Shown one piece after another: positions 46,999-56,408 of a stretch of DNA of 64,000 nucleotides; within the stretch, counting starts at the first letter, position 1, and every line of letters starts with the position of its first letter. The translations under genes were made by a program, and so were the position numbers. The DNA comes from Giardia intestinalis (taxonomy: Eukaryota), in the NCBI GenBank assembly GCA_000002435.2, contig CM018791.1; one strand, written 5' to 3'. A model generated the notes under the pieces. That model was given only the letters and a program-made list of their open reading frames with translations, had not been told where the DNA came from and ran no database searches.

Positions 46999-47662
46999 GT
47001 TGTAATTCTCCAGGATGATGGGCTACGTGCAGACAGGAGTCTATAGTAATTGTGCTAGGTCTATGTATTATGTACTTCACACTGATTGATAACAAAGATA
47101 ACGAGGAGAATTTTGATTGAAACCAGAAACTGGCTGCAATGATAGCAGTGCCCATTTTTCATCGGTAAAGGTCTAAAAGTCTTTGCTTCACCTCTATTTT
47201 ACTTAAGCGGATAATAAAAATGATATTCAACAATTATTTTGAAAATAAAGTTGCTAGTGTAGAAAAGATACATGCGTCTCTGGTTAAGACTGAAAATGTG
47301 TATGCGTGAGGTTGTTGTGCTAAGAGGAACTTTTTTGCGTTCTAAATGCTGGGACAAGTAGCTACCGACACAATATTTTTATACTCGTTAAGCATAGTAT
47401 TGCAAGTGCCAGCGACTCATCTGTTATAATAGTGCTATTTGAACAAGAATGCTAGCAAGATAATGCACACACTGCGGTATCTAAATAGTGTCCTAGTCTC
47501 TACACAGGTATGCCTGACGTTAAAAGTATGAAGATTGGAGGCGTATCTACGACAGTAAGAGTAAATGACATGGTAGGGCTCAACTATACAATGAGAAAGA
47601 TCATCTACGGTGTTGAGCCATGAGGCCAAACTCAGAACACGGAAATAAGTCCGTGTAGTAAT

Positions 47663-50600
47663 TTGAATAGTTTCAAAATTCAAAACTCAGTTCTTGATAA
47701 TCTCCAGTCAATGAGCTCTAAAACAGAGATCCCAATAATTACCGACGAGGGGGACTTTAGCGCTGAGTATGAAACGTTTTGTCAGGCAATGAACGGAGTT
47801 GCCGATGGAACATTCATCTGTGTGAGCGTTTTTGGACCACAGTCTTCCGGAAAGTCAACCCTTCTCAATGACCTTTTTGGGACTAGCTTCAAGACAATGG
47901 ACTTATCAGCGGGGCGAACTCAAACCACGAAAGGAATCATGGCACGTGCAGTAGACTTCCAAACGAAAGTCGCCCCTCGGGTTCTTATTCTAGATTGTGA
48001 AGGCTCAGATAGCCGCGAACGTAACCAGCAAGAGGCACAGAACATTGAAAGACACATAGGATGCTTTGCAGCTGCAGTGAGTGATCTGCTGATAATAAAT
48101 GTGTGGAACCACGATATAGGGCGCCACTCCGCTGCAAATTATAACATACTCTCTACCATCTTTGACATCTACTTTAGGTCCTTGCTTAAGGCACGTAGAA
48201 AATCAGGCAATCATAGGCCCTTAATTTTACTAATTGCAATCCGAGACGCCGAAGAGGACGGGGCAGAACTGACGCAAAGGACATTCGAGTCTGATGTTCA
48301 CCATATCTATGAGCAATCCGTTCCTAAGCAGTACCATGGCTCTTTCAGAGACTACTTCTGCCTGCGATTTTGGTTTATTCCTCACCGAAGATATATGAAA
48401 TCGTTGTACGATGAAAAGATTACGCAGCTAAAAACAGATATCAAGGAAATCTTCGATTCCTTACTCGGTGCTGAGACAGCAACCACTCTAATACCCCTTA
48501 CGGATTCGTCTATATACTATAACAACATCTGGGACATCGTTCGGACTGACAAAGACTTGGATATCCCAAGTCAGAGGGAGATAGTATCTAACATAAGATG
48601 CGAAGAATTCTATTTGGAGGCTATAGAGCAGTTTTCCTCGCAAGTCGGCAAAGTATTTGCAGATGTCACGGCAGCAATTCAGGTTTCCTTGGGTCAGCAA
48701 AGCTCAACCTTTTTGGAGCAGAGCCCGGACGCCGTTAAAGATTATCCTATAACAAAACTACATAACGCTTGCAATTCTTTCAAGCTAACAAAGGTTCTGA
48801 TGGATCTTTCACAAGAATGTGTCGCCTTGTATCGCAGAAAGACACGGCACTACATTCCCAAGGTGGTTACTCAATGGGCTACTAAGCTCAATGACGATGT
48901 TTTGGCCGGATTGAAGAAAGTGGCTCACAGCTTTGCAAAGGGCATCCGAGAGTCTACCTGCCAGGCACTAGGTGCTGTCACGGCTCCGTTTCGGGTACAG
49001 ATTACACAGTGGCTCGAGCGACACGAGTATAGCGATGACTACGCGTCCAATACTAATACGGTAGATATACTTGTACCAGATCTTATAAGCGACTTGACAT
49101 TCCCACAGAAGCGACTCACCGATCTTATGGGTTTGCTTGGTGCTGCGACAAGGGTGTTTCATAAGTGCATTTCTGTCAATTGGGCCCATGAGTATTCAGG
49201 TCTTTGTGATACCGGAATCCTCGTTAACCTACCACCAAATGATGTAGGGCCTAATTCTAATGTACGCATCGGTGACAACGCTATAGAAACGAATGCAGGC
49301 TCATCTGTCAGGTTGTCTGTCGGTTATGAGGCATCAGAGCCCATGGTGGACGCCCATATCGATGATTCTGGAGCCTTTTTCTCAGATATTAGGCAAACTG
49401 GAGTGTATTCGCCTCATCTTTATGCATTTCTGGAGAGTCTTTCGCTATCTACCTACGGGAAGGCGTTGTCGCTGCAGAAGTTGCCTGCCGCTCCTCCTGA
49501 TGTTGCCAACGCTTATGATGCTGTTTGCCTACTCCATACCATTATACTACTGTGGTACTGTGAAACAATGATGCCACTGAGTCTTATATATGACATCACA
49601 CCAGAGATAGACCACGTTATCCCAGAGTCCAATGCTCTCTTCTGCGAGACAATGGGCAGCATTTTGGCCGCCGTTGCGGAGGCTGTTTCCAGCCAGACAC
49701 GTACCATTACGGCGTCGATGACTCAAGCGACTGCACGCCTAATGGATGACAAACTCTACGTGACACTCGGATCTCTCCGAGGTGTTATTTATGAGTCAGC
49801 AAGAAAAACCCTTGAGCGCTCTTTCTTTTCGCTGCTCTCATCCGCCTTTGTCGCCCCCGATCACCAAGGACTGCTCTACTTGCAAACACGCCTCTCCAGC
49901 CCCTCAATTTACTTTGATCTTCACTTTGATTCCAGCTCCAGATCCAGCCCTACAGACTCTATTCTACCAGATACACAGAATCCTGTATATAAGCAGTATA
50001 CAGATATATATTTATTTTCGACGTTACCAGCTCTTCTCTCGCCGCTTCCACGAGCGTATAATACAGTAGGAACTCGTCTCTCGTCAGGGTCTAGCTCAAT
50101 CCAGTCGCTACTTCCTCGCTACAGAGCTGTCCCCATTGTAGCTGCTCTTGATATGTCTGCCTTTTACATTCCACAAGCAGCTTTGTCCTCGTTCATGGAT
50201 AGAGTTGACGCAGAGATAATAGAGTTAATTAATAAAAGTCTCGGGGAATTCTTCTCTAAGAGTTTTCCTCTAGTCCTGCAAAACAAGATACATACTAAGC
50301 TAGTATATGACGATCAAGGAGCACAGCGTTCTTACATTTCGGAGAATTCTATATTGACAGAGTTTCTTTCAGAGAAGAAAGGTCTCATATCTATGGCGCA
50401 GTTGTTTGAGGGAGGGACTCTTATAACAGAGAACCTGCATTCTGTGACAATAAAACCTACTTCGCAAGAAAAGATTGATGCTATGCTTCGGTGTGCTGAA
50501 GCAGAGTGGGATAAGACGTATCAAGAAGCCTTGGAAATATATCGTACCAACAAGCACAAGGATAAATATAAGTGGGTATGGTTAGGCCTGTGCGTTTTCC

Positions 50601-50818
50601 TTATGCTTACTCGCAAGTGGGTATATGCAGTTTTGCTAAGCAAGTACTGTCTCTGCATCACAATATTACTTCTTTCTGTTGGTCTTTTCGTTTATCAGCG
50701 AACGACTCCTGACGAGCGCAACGCGTCTTTTTCCATTGTAGCCACTAGCATTAGAGAGAGAGACGTTGGACAGTTTTGGGACGCTACTAAACGTTTGGCT
50801 CAAAAGGTCATCCATTGA
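47663..50818 (+). CDS. SEY1: Sey1/RHD3 (root hair defective 3) dynamin-like GTPase, an atlastin-type ER membrane fusion GTPase
   Basis: The N-terminal GTPase matches the family: VFGPQSSGKSTLLNDLFGTSFKTMD...GRTQTTKGIMARA...ILDCEGSDSRER. The C-terminus has two hydrophobic helices in a hairpin. Confidence 0.8.
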   Translation: MNSFKIQNSVLDNLQSMSSKTEIPIITDEGDFSAEYETFCQAMNGVADGTFICVSVFGPQSSGKSTLLNDLFGTSFKTMDLSAGRTQTTKGIMARAVDFQTKVAPRVLILDCEGSDSRERNQQEAQNIERHIGCFAAAVSDLLIINVWNHDIGRHSAANYNILSTIFDIYFRSLLKARRKSGNHRPLILLIAIRDAEEDGAELTQRTFESDVHHIYEQSVPKQYHGSFRDYFCLRFWFIPHRRYMKSLYDEKITQLKTDIKEIFDSLLGAETATTLIPLTDSSIYYNNIWDIVRTDKDLDIPSQREIVSNIRCEEFYLEAIEQFSSQVGKVFADVTAAIQVSLGQQSSTFLEQSPDAVKDYPITKLHNACNSFKLTKVLMDLSQECVALYRRKTRHYIPKVVTQWATKLNDDVLAGLKKVAHSFAKGIRESTCQALGAVTAPFRVQITQWLERHEYSDDYASNTNTVDILVPDLISDLTFPQKRLTDLMGLLGAATRVFHKCISVNWAHEYSGLCDTGILVNLPPNDVGPNSNVRIGDNAIETNAGSSVRLSVGYEASEPMVDAHIDDSGAFFSDIRQTGVYSPHLYAFLESLSLSTYGKALSLQKLPAAPPDVANAYDAVCLLHTIILLWYCETMMPLSLIYDITPEIDHVIPESNALFCETMGSILAAVAEAVSSQTRTITASMTQATARLMDDKLYVTLGSLRGVIYESARKTLERSFFSLLSSAFVAPDHQGLLYLQTRLSSPSIYFDLHFDSSSRSSPTDSILPDTQNPVYKQYTDIYLFSTLPALLSPLPRAYNTVGTRLSSGSSSIQSLLPRYRAVPIVAALDMSAFYIPQAALSSFMDRVDAEIIELINKSLGEFFSKSFPLVLQNKIHTKLVYDDQGAQRSYISENSILTEFLSEKKGLISMAQLFEGGTLITENLHSVTIKPTSQEKIDAMLRCAEAEWDKTYQEALEIYRTNKHKDKYKWVWLGLCVFLMLTRKWVYAVLLSKYCLCITILLLSVGLFVYQRTTPDERNASFSIVATSIRERDVGQFWDATKRLAQKVIH

Positions 50819-50826
50819 GCCATTGA

Positions 50827-53800
50827 TTAATTGCCTTCTATAAATGACTGTAGTGTTCTTCTTATCTCTTCATCGATAAGTATATAGAGGCATGCTCTCT
50901 GACGTTCGAGGTTACCGTGCTTCCGCTCGACGAAGGTTTGGGCATCGCGACCTTGTCCTAAGATATCAATTGCATTTTGTGATGCGCTGGAGTATACCTG
51001 CCACACGGATGGATCCAAATATTGCTGTAGAAGCAGCCCATTCGGAGAATTGGGAGCCTGCACGTCAAGGCTTTCATATGTCTCAAAAAGCTCCTTCATT
51101 GCCAGAACAGTCTTAGCCCATTGCTTCATATCCCCTTGCTCAATCGATACCCCATCATCATAAATCGATAGGCGCGCAGCGGCGCCTTCTATTGTTTCCT
51201 CCGGGGGGCATTCTCCTTGGCTCCATGGGTGGTACTTTGCAATAAACAACTTTAGAGTAGAGTGTACAACGTCAGTAATTTTCCTGTCATAGTATTTGCA
51301 AGAGAAGAATGAAAGAATATCCAGGACCGACGTGGGCGGTGCGGCTTCGGCAAAATCTTGGGAAATTTGTGCAAATAGACTTACAGATACATCAAGCAAT
51401 TTGACAAGGGCTTTATTTTTCTTTAGGCTGATCAAGATTTTTTGATCATATAGCCCCCCAGAGCGAACTAAAGAAAGCATATCAGCAAAGGATGCTTTGA
51501 AATTAGGATCCTCTGTTCTACATTGAAGCAAGTATAAGATATGGGGAGGTGGAAGAGCAGAGCAAGAAAGGAGCAAATAGCGTAACGTATTGCAAATGAT
51601 AGCCTTTTTAGAGCGCAAATATTCTGCATCGAGCTCAAACAGAGCCTCTGCAAATGATAGGCCCCCAATCAGGAGAAGGAGATCTTCTTGGGTGATAGCT
51701 GCTTGCTGGGCACGGAAGAGAAATGCATCGAAGCAGTTATGGAGAATGGTACGGGAAGCATCGTGTCCATTCCTGAACAGGGACAACCAATCTATATCGG
51801 CTGCCTGCAGACGTGTGTGTCCGTTCTCATCGACAAAGAGTGTCGAGGCTTTTATACACAAGGAGAGCAAGAGGTTGTATGTCTGGTCTTCTGCTCGTGG
51901 CTCATTGCTCTTGTAACCACGTGGCATCATAGCGTTGTGATAAGGGTCTATACGATATGCTAGCTTGTACGGAAGGGGGATTTGGGAGAGTGAAAAGAGC
52001 TGTAGGGCTGCCTTTATCTGTACATGAACCGTGCCAAACAGAGCAACCAACACTGCAGTGGCAGTATCCTGACTGTCTGAGGTGTCATTCAAGCCTCGTA
52101 TAAGGATAGGAAGGATCAGTGCAAGAGAGTCTCCAAAGGAGGATAGCGCAGACAGGTAGTGTGCAGAGAACTTGGCCCCAGGCTTACTCCAATCACTTAT
52201 CAAAAGTGCGTGACCAAAGGGTGTAAGAAGAGCAACATTCTCCCCGTCATTATATCTATTAAATCCCTCTTCAGTCAAGTCTTGCGGATAGTACATGGAA
52301 GAGAGCTCCTGACATAAGTCCAGGTTGGGATACTCCTGTAGCTGAGTATTCACAATCAGAATGATAGGATCCACAATTCGTCTGTGATATTCAACGATAG
52401 CCAAAAGTGATACATACAAACAGAAATTTGTCTGATTGAAGACTGAGCCTTCAATGGCTACAATCTTATTCCATCTACCTATAAGTGTGTCACGAACCCC
52501 CACAATAAGGGACAATGACGATATGGGTGCGTAATGCAGAGCTATTGTGAAAATAACCAAAAGAGACTTAATGGACAAATTTAGAGCATCCGTAGACAAA
52601 TGGAAAGCCTCAAAAAACGCCATGCTAACATACTCAATAGCTGCTGCAGAGTAGTCTTCCATGCTTTTACCGTATTGATGTTTCTTCGAGACAGAATGGC
52701 TATAGAATGTACACATTATCAATAATAAAGCCTTATCAGTTGATATTTCACTTGGATTTAACAGACTAGAAATCCATTCTATAATGCTATCTGCTAGTTC
52801 AACAAGAAATGGAACGGGATGGCAGTGGATGATGATATTAAAGCTATCTAGAAGTTCTTTAACAAGAGCTTCATGATCGGTGTAGTAAGTGTTGGAAATG
52901 AGTACGTTACCCAGAAAGATAGCTCGACTGAAAGTATCCTTGGCTGTTGCCTCAATAATTTGGGAAAACATGTGTATTGGCAGTGCTTTAGCTACAATCC
53001 GTATTATGTCTGCTAGCTGTGGTCGAATGGACCTAGTATCTGGACAGTGAGTGCATGCATGACACCCATGCATCAATGAATTATGTTCATACCAATATGG
53101 GTGAGCAATCACCTCTTCACAACTTAAGGTGCTGAGCTTGCTTGCAAGCCAGAGATAGACATCGCTTGTATAGAAGATGTTGGAGTAGACGTCTGTTTGC
53201 GCTAAAAGCTTAAAATATAGTAGAGCGAGAGTGATGGTATTAGGCTCACTCATCTCGTTAAGATTGAGCATAGCAAGTAGTGAATCAAGAAGGTAGTTTG
53301 TTAGTGGTTCCCGCAATACATTTGTGGGCACTTGCAAGTAGGTAAGCAAGGCATCAAAGTTCTCTCTTTTTAGCTCTAGCGTTTCCTGAGGTCTAGTAAG
53401 GGCTTTATCAGATGTTTCAATATTTAGAGTGGTTGTATTGTCCAACGCCTTTACAGTGGGTTGTACCAATCCATCAATCAGCATTCCAAAAAGATCGCAG
53501 AGACCAGGGTTTCCAGTGTCATAGAGAAGCTCGCCGAGGCAAAGGATCGTGTGTGCTGAGACTGACGGAGAGGAGAACACATGCTTCATCACCTGTGACA
53601 AGGCAGCATCCAGCTCTTTTTCTTTGAAGCATGGACGGGCCATAATAAGTACTCTAATCATAAGTTCTATGTTGATTTGCTTGGAAAAAATAGCCGAAAA
53701 GACGCTACGGTCTGAAGGTTCTTGGGTAAGTAAAGTACAATACAATTCAACAAGAAGTGTGTGCTCCTCGGAAGCATTAGAGTTGGTTGTCGTAGAATTG

Positions 53801-54309
53801 AGAATAAAATATTCCAATCTATCAGCTACAGATTGCAGTACTTGGGAAGGCATATAATTGGGTGAGAAGATTAGTCTACATGATAGCAAGGCCTGTAATA
53901 GTTCTTGACAATCTGGTGGCGCATTTGCTTTATCAGTTGGTGGTAGCTTAGTGAAAAGTTTGACAAATATGTCCGCGCACTCTTGAACTCTCAACTCAGA
54001 TGAATCGTTATCTAGAAGCTGCCCTAACCCCGCTAGCCCAAACGATATGACCACCTGCTTAGTAGCCAGGTTTCTAGTAACACTGAGGAGCCTGTCACAT
54101 AAGTCCAATACGTGTAAAGCGCCAATTTCAGTTCTATGGGCTGTTATCAAAGACAATAATGATTCCAGGGCATCGCGAAGACCCTGCCACTGCTCCTTCA
54201 CCGAAGCCTCATCTATAAGAGCGGGCTGGTTCTCTATAACCACGATCCTTCTACAAGCGCAGACTGCACGCTGAGTAGACTCTACAATGAATGCCATTGC
54301 GAAAATCAC
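50827..54309 (-). CDS. Hypothetical large alpha-helical (HEAT/ARM-like) protein, 1160 aa
   Basis: Long uninterrupted ORF that is convergent with SEY1 (stops 8 nt apart). I recognise no family. Confidence 0.6.
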   Translation of the reverse strand: MIFAMAFIVESTQRAVCACRRIVVIENQPALIDEASVKEQWQGLRDALESLLSLITAHRTEIGALHVLDLCDRLLSVTRNLATKQVVISFGLAGLGQLLDNDSSELRVQECADIFVKLFTKLPPTDKANAPPDCQELLQALLSCRLIFSPNYMPSQVLQSVADRLEYFILNSTTTNSNASEEHTLLVELYCTLLTQEPSDRSVFSAIFSKQINIELMIRVLIMARPCFKEKELDAALSQVMKHVFSSPSVSAHTILCLGELLYDTGNPGLCDLFGMLIDGLVQPTVKALDNTTTLNIETSDKALTRPQETLELKRENFDALLTYLQVPTNVLREPLTNYLLDSLLAMLNLNEMSEPNTITLALLYFKLLAQTDVYSNIFYTSDVYLWLASKLSTLSCEEVIAHPYWYEHNSLMHGCHACTHCPDTRSIRPQLADIIRIVAKALPIHMFSQIIEATAKDTFSRAIFLGNVLISNTYYTDHEALVKELLDSFNIIIHCHPVPFLVELADSIIEWISSLLNPSEISTDKALLLIMCTFYSHSVSKKHQYGKSMEDYSAAAIEYVSMAFFEAFHLSTDALNLSIKSLLVIFTIALHYAPISSLSLIVGVRDTLIGRWNKIVAIEGSVFNQTNFCLYVSLLAIVEYHRRIVDPIILIVNTQLQEYPNLDLCQELSSMYYPQDLTEEGFNRYNDGENVALLTPFGHALLISDWSKPGAKFSAHYLSALSSFGDSLALILPILIRGLNDTSDSQDTATAVLVALFGTVHVQIKAALQLFSLSQIPLPYKLAYRIDPYHNAMMPRGYKSNEPRAEDQTYNLLLSLCIKASTLFVDENGHTRLQAADIDWLSLFRNGHDASRTILHNCFDAFLFRAQQAAITQEDLLLLIGGLSFAEALFELDAEYLRSKKAIICNTLRYLLLSCSALPPPHILYLLQCRTEDPNFKASFADMLSLVRSGGLYDQKILISLKKNKALVKLLDVSVSLFAQISQDFAEAAPPTSVLDILSFFSCKYYDRKITDVVHSTLKLFIAKYHPWSQGECPPEETIEGAAARLSIYDDGVSIEQGDMKQWAKTVLAMKELFETYESLDVQAPNSPNGLLLQQYLDPSVWQVYSSASQNAIDILGQGRDAQTFVERKHGNLERQRACLYILIDEEIRRTLQSFIEGN

Positions 54310-54340
54310 ACAAATGCGTAGCTAAACGACGCGTTAAGGG

Positions 54341-55549
54341 TTATTTATTACAAGGAAGAACAATTCCTGCGTCAGTAAGGGCCGTGAGAGCCCACTGGGG
54401 GACGCTATCAAGTGTCCCGTGCATCCTTAAGAGAAAGTTCAAGACGTAGGTATCCAGTGTCTCATTAAGAATACTCTCTCGAAGCCCTCGCATAAGCCGC
54501 AGAAGATACTGAACGTTATGGTCTGAAAGAAGTTGCCCGCAGACAGGACTCTTGGCCACATACAGAGCGTGCAGATACGCTTTAGAGTACTTGCATGCCT
54601 GACAAGGGCAGGTGCTGCTAATTGGAGAAAGATCGTCCTTGCACGTAGCACGATCTAGCCGGAGAACACCACCGTCAAAGAATGCGCCGCCCATACGAGC
54701 CACGCGCGTAGCGTAAACGCAATCAAACATGTCCACGCCAAGGCAGGTACACACAACTAAATCTAGAGGAAAGCCGACACCCATAAGGTATCTGGGTTTA
54801 TCCTTGGGGAGCTTCTCACAACAATATGCAACAACCCTGCAGAAATCCTCTTTTGCCTCACCGCCAGAGAGCCCTCCGATAGCAATCCCACCCATCTGAT
54901 CCTTGCGTGCGATAATGGCCTCGATGCACTGATCTCTAAACCCTCCAGGAGAGAGATCAAGATGGCCCTGGCATATTCCAAAGAGGGTTTGCGTGGGCGA
55001 CGTATGTGCAGCAATGCATCTGTCCAGCCAGCGTGTCGTGCGCTCAGTGGCCAGCTTGATCCGCTCATACTCCGTGCGGGGGTCCAGCAAAACATGAATA
55101 ACGTCGTCCAGGGCCATCATAATATCGGAGCCTATGGCCTGTTGTGTGCGGATAGACTCTTCGGGTGTAAGAAGCACCCTCTTGGAGTCTACTGGAGAAA
55201 TAAAACTCACTCCATCTTCTGTGACTTCTGACAAGTCCAAGAGAGAGACCATCTGATAGCCTCCTGAGTCTGTGAGGATGTTGTTGGGCCAGCCCATCAG
55301 CTTATGCAGTCCTCCCAATTCGTTAAGCTTCTGGATTCCGGGGCGGAGGTTGAGGAAGTATGTGTTAGACAGCATAATTTGAGCACCTGTCCGCTCTATT
55401 TGCTCAGTCGCAAAGCCCTTGAGTGTGCCCTGGGTCCCCACAGGCATATAGACAGGAGTAAGTATAGGGCCGTGTAGGAGGGTAACTGTTGCTGCTCTAG
55501 CACGTCTATACGTGCGCTGAATAGTGAACTTGAGCGGCCCGACACCCAT
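54341..55549 (-). CDS. TGT: Queuine tRNA-ribosyltransferase catalytic subunit
   Basis: TPVYMPVGTQGTLKG, DSGGYQ and LMGVGFPLDLV are present. A C-terminal zinc site (CPCQAC...H) is also present. Confidence 0.85.
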   Translation of the reverse strand: MGVGPLKFTIQRTYRRARAATVTLLHGPILTPVYMPVGTQGTLKGFATEQIERTGAQIMLSNTYFLNLRPGIQKLNELGGLHKLMGWPNNILTDSGGYQMVSLLDLSEVTEDGVSFISPVDSKRVLLTPEESIRTQQAIGSDIMMALDDVIHVLLDPRTEYERIKLATERTTRWLDRCIAAHTSPTQTLFGICQGHLDLSPGGFRDQCIEAIIARKDQMGGIAIGGLSGGEAKEDFCRVVAYCCEKLPKDKPRYLMGVGFPLDLVVCTCLGVDMFDCVYATRVARMGGAFFDGGVLRLDRATCKDDLSPISSTCPCQACKYSKAYLHALYVAKSPVCGQLLSDHNVQYLLRLMRGLRESILNETLDTYVLNFLLRMHGTLDSVPQWALTALTDAGIVLPCNK

Positions 55550-55644
55550 TTTTTATTAGAACGGGTATGGCTTCCAGATCCATGCAAAACAAGACACCAG
55601 CCAGCAGTACTACAGACAATTTAATGCTCTAGTGATGCTAGATA

Positions 55645-56397
55645 TTATTGGAAACTAGGGGGTGCGGAATACAGAGCGTTGTTAAGAATGTATTGCTGCA
55701 CAGAGTCTACACACATGGTCCCGGACCTTCGCCGAAGGGCCTCCTTAGCTGCAGTACTAGAGATTTCTGAGACGGACTTGTTCAAAATCAAGATTCGTCC
55801 ATTACGGTACGGTTCATCAAGGTAGGAGAGTTGTTTAACTTTGTCAATAACCTTCTTCTGAGACACTCCTCCTGCACCACCATCCCGAGGTACGATTACC
55901 GCAGACACCAATGAGTAGAGCCTTTTAACATTGGCGGGATTCCACGTCCTTTCATCGCATTGAGAATACAGCAGATCCATTCCTGCTACGATATAAATCT
56001 GAGCTCCATCGTAACGTTGCTTCAAATTTTCGACTATGGCATAGGTCGGTTGGTACCCTTGTGTGCACTCTGCTTCCCCTGTATCGACATCCATTATATG
56101 CGAGAGCTTGGACTCTGCAATAGCCAATCGTAACATCGCAACGCGATGAATACTTGGGGCCAGACGCTTATAGGGGTAGTTGTCGTGCGCAGGGCTGAAC
56201 AAAATACGTGTAATACTCCGCTTCTCATGCGCTAACCAGTCATGTGCATATTCCACGAGTAGAATGTGCGCACGGGTTACGGGGTCAAAACATCCCATAC
56301 ACACTAGAACGACCGGCGGACAGGGCATCGCAGGTTTTTCTTTTCTGTTGTCGCGGAGACGAAAGTAAATGTCGCAAGTGTTTGGAATTACCTGCAA
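55645..56397 (-). CDS. NMNAT: Nicotinamide/nicotinate mononucleotide adenylyltransferase (NMNAT)
   Basis: A nucleotidyltransferase (H/T)xGH-type motif is present (GCFDPVTRAHILL). The NMNAT signature ISSTAAKEALRRR is also present. The true start may be the internal Met at about 56328. Confidence 0.8.
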   Translation of the reverse strand: MQVIPNTCDIYFRLRDNRKEKPAMPCPPVVLVCMGCFDPVTRAHILLVEYAHDWLAHEKRSITRILFSPAHDNYPYKRLAPSIHRVAMLRLAIAESKLSHIMDVDTGEAECTQGYQPTYAIVENLKQRYDGAQIYIVAGMDLLYSQCDERTWNPANVKRLYSLVSAVIVPRDGGAGGVSQKKVIDKVKQLSYLDEPYRNGRILILNKSVSEISSTAAKEALRRRSGTMCVDSVQQYILNNALYSAPPSFQ

Positions 56398-56408
56398 ATC
56401 TGTTTACA

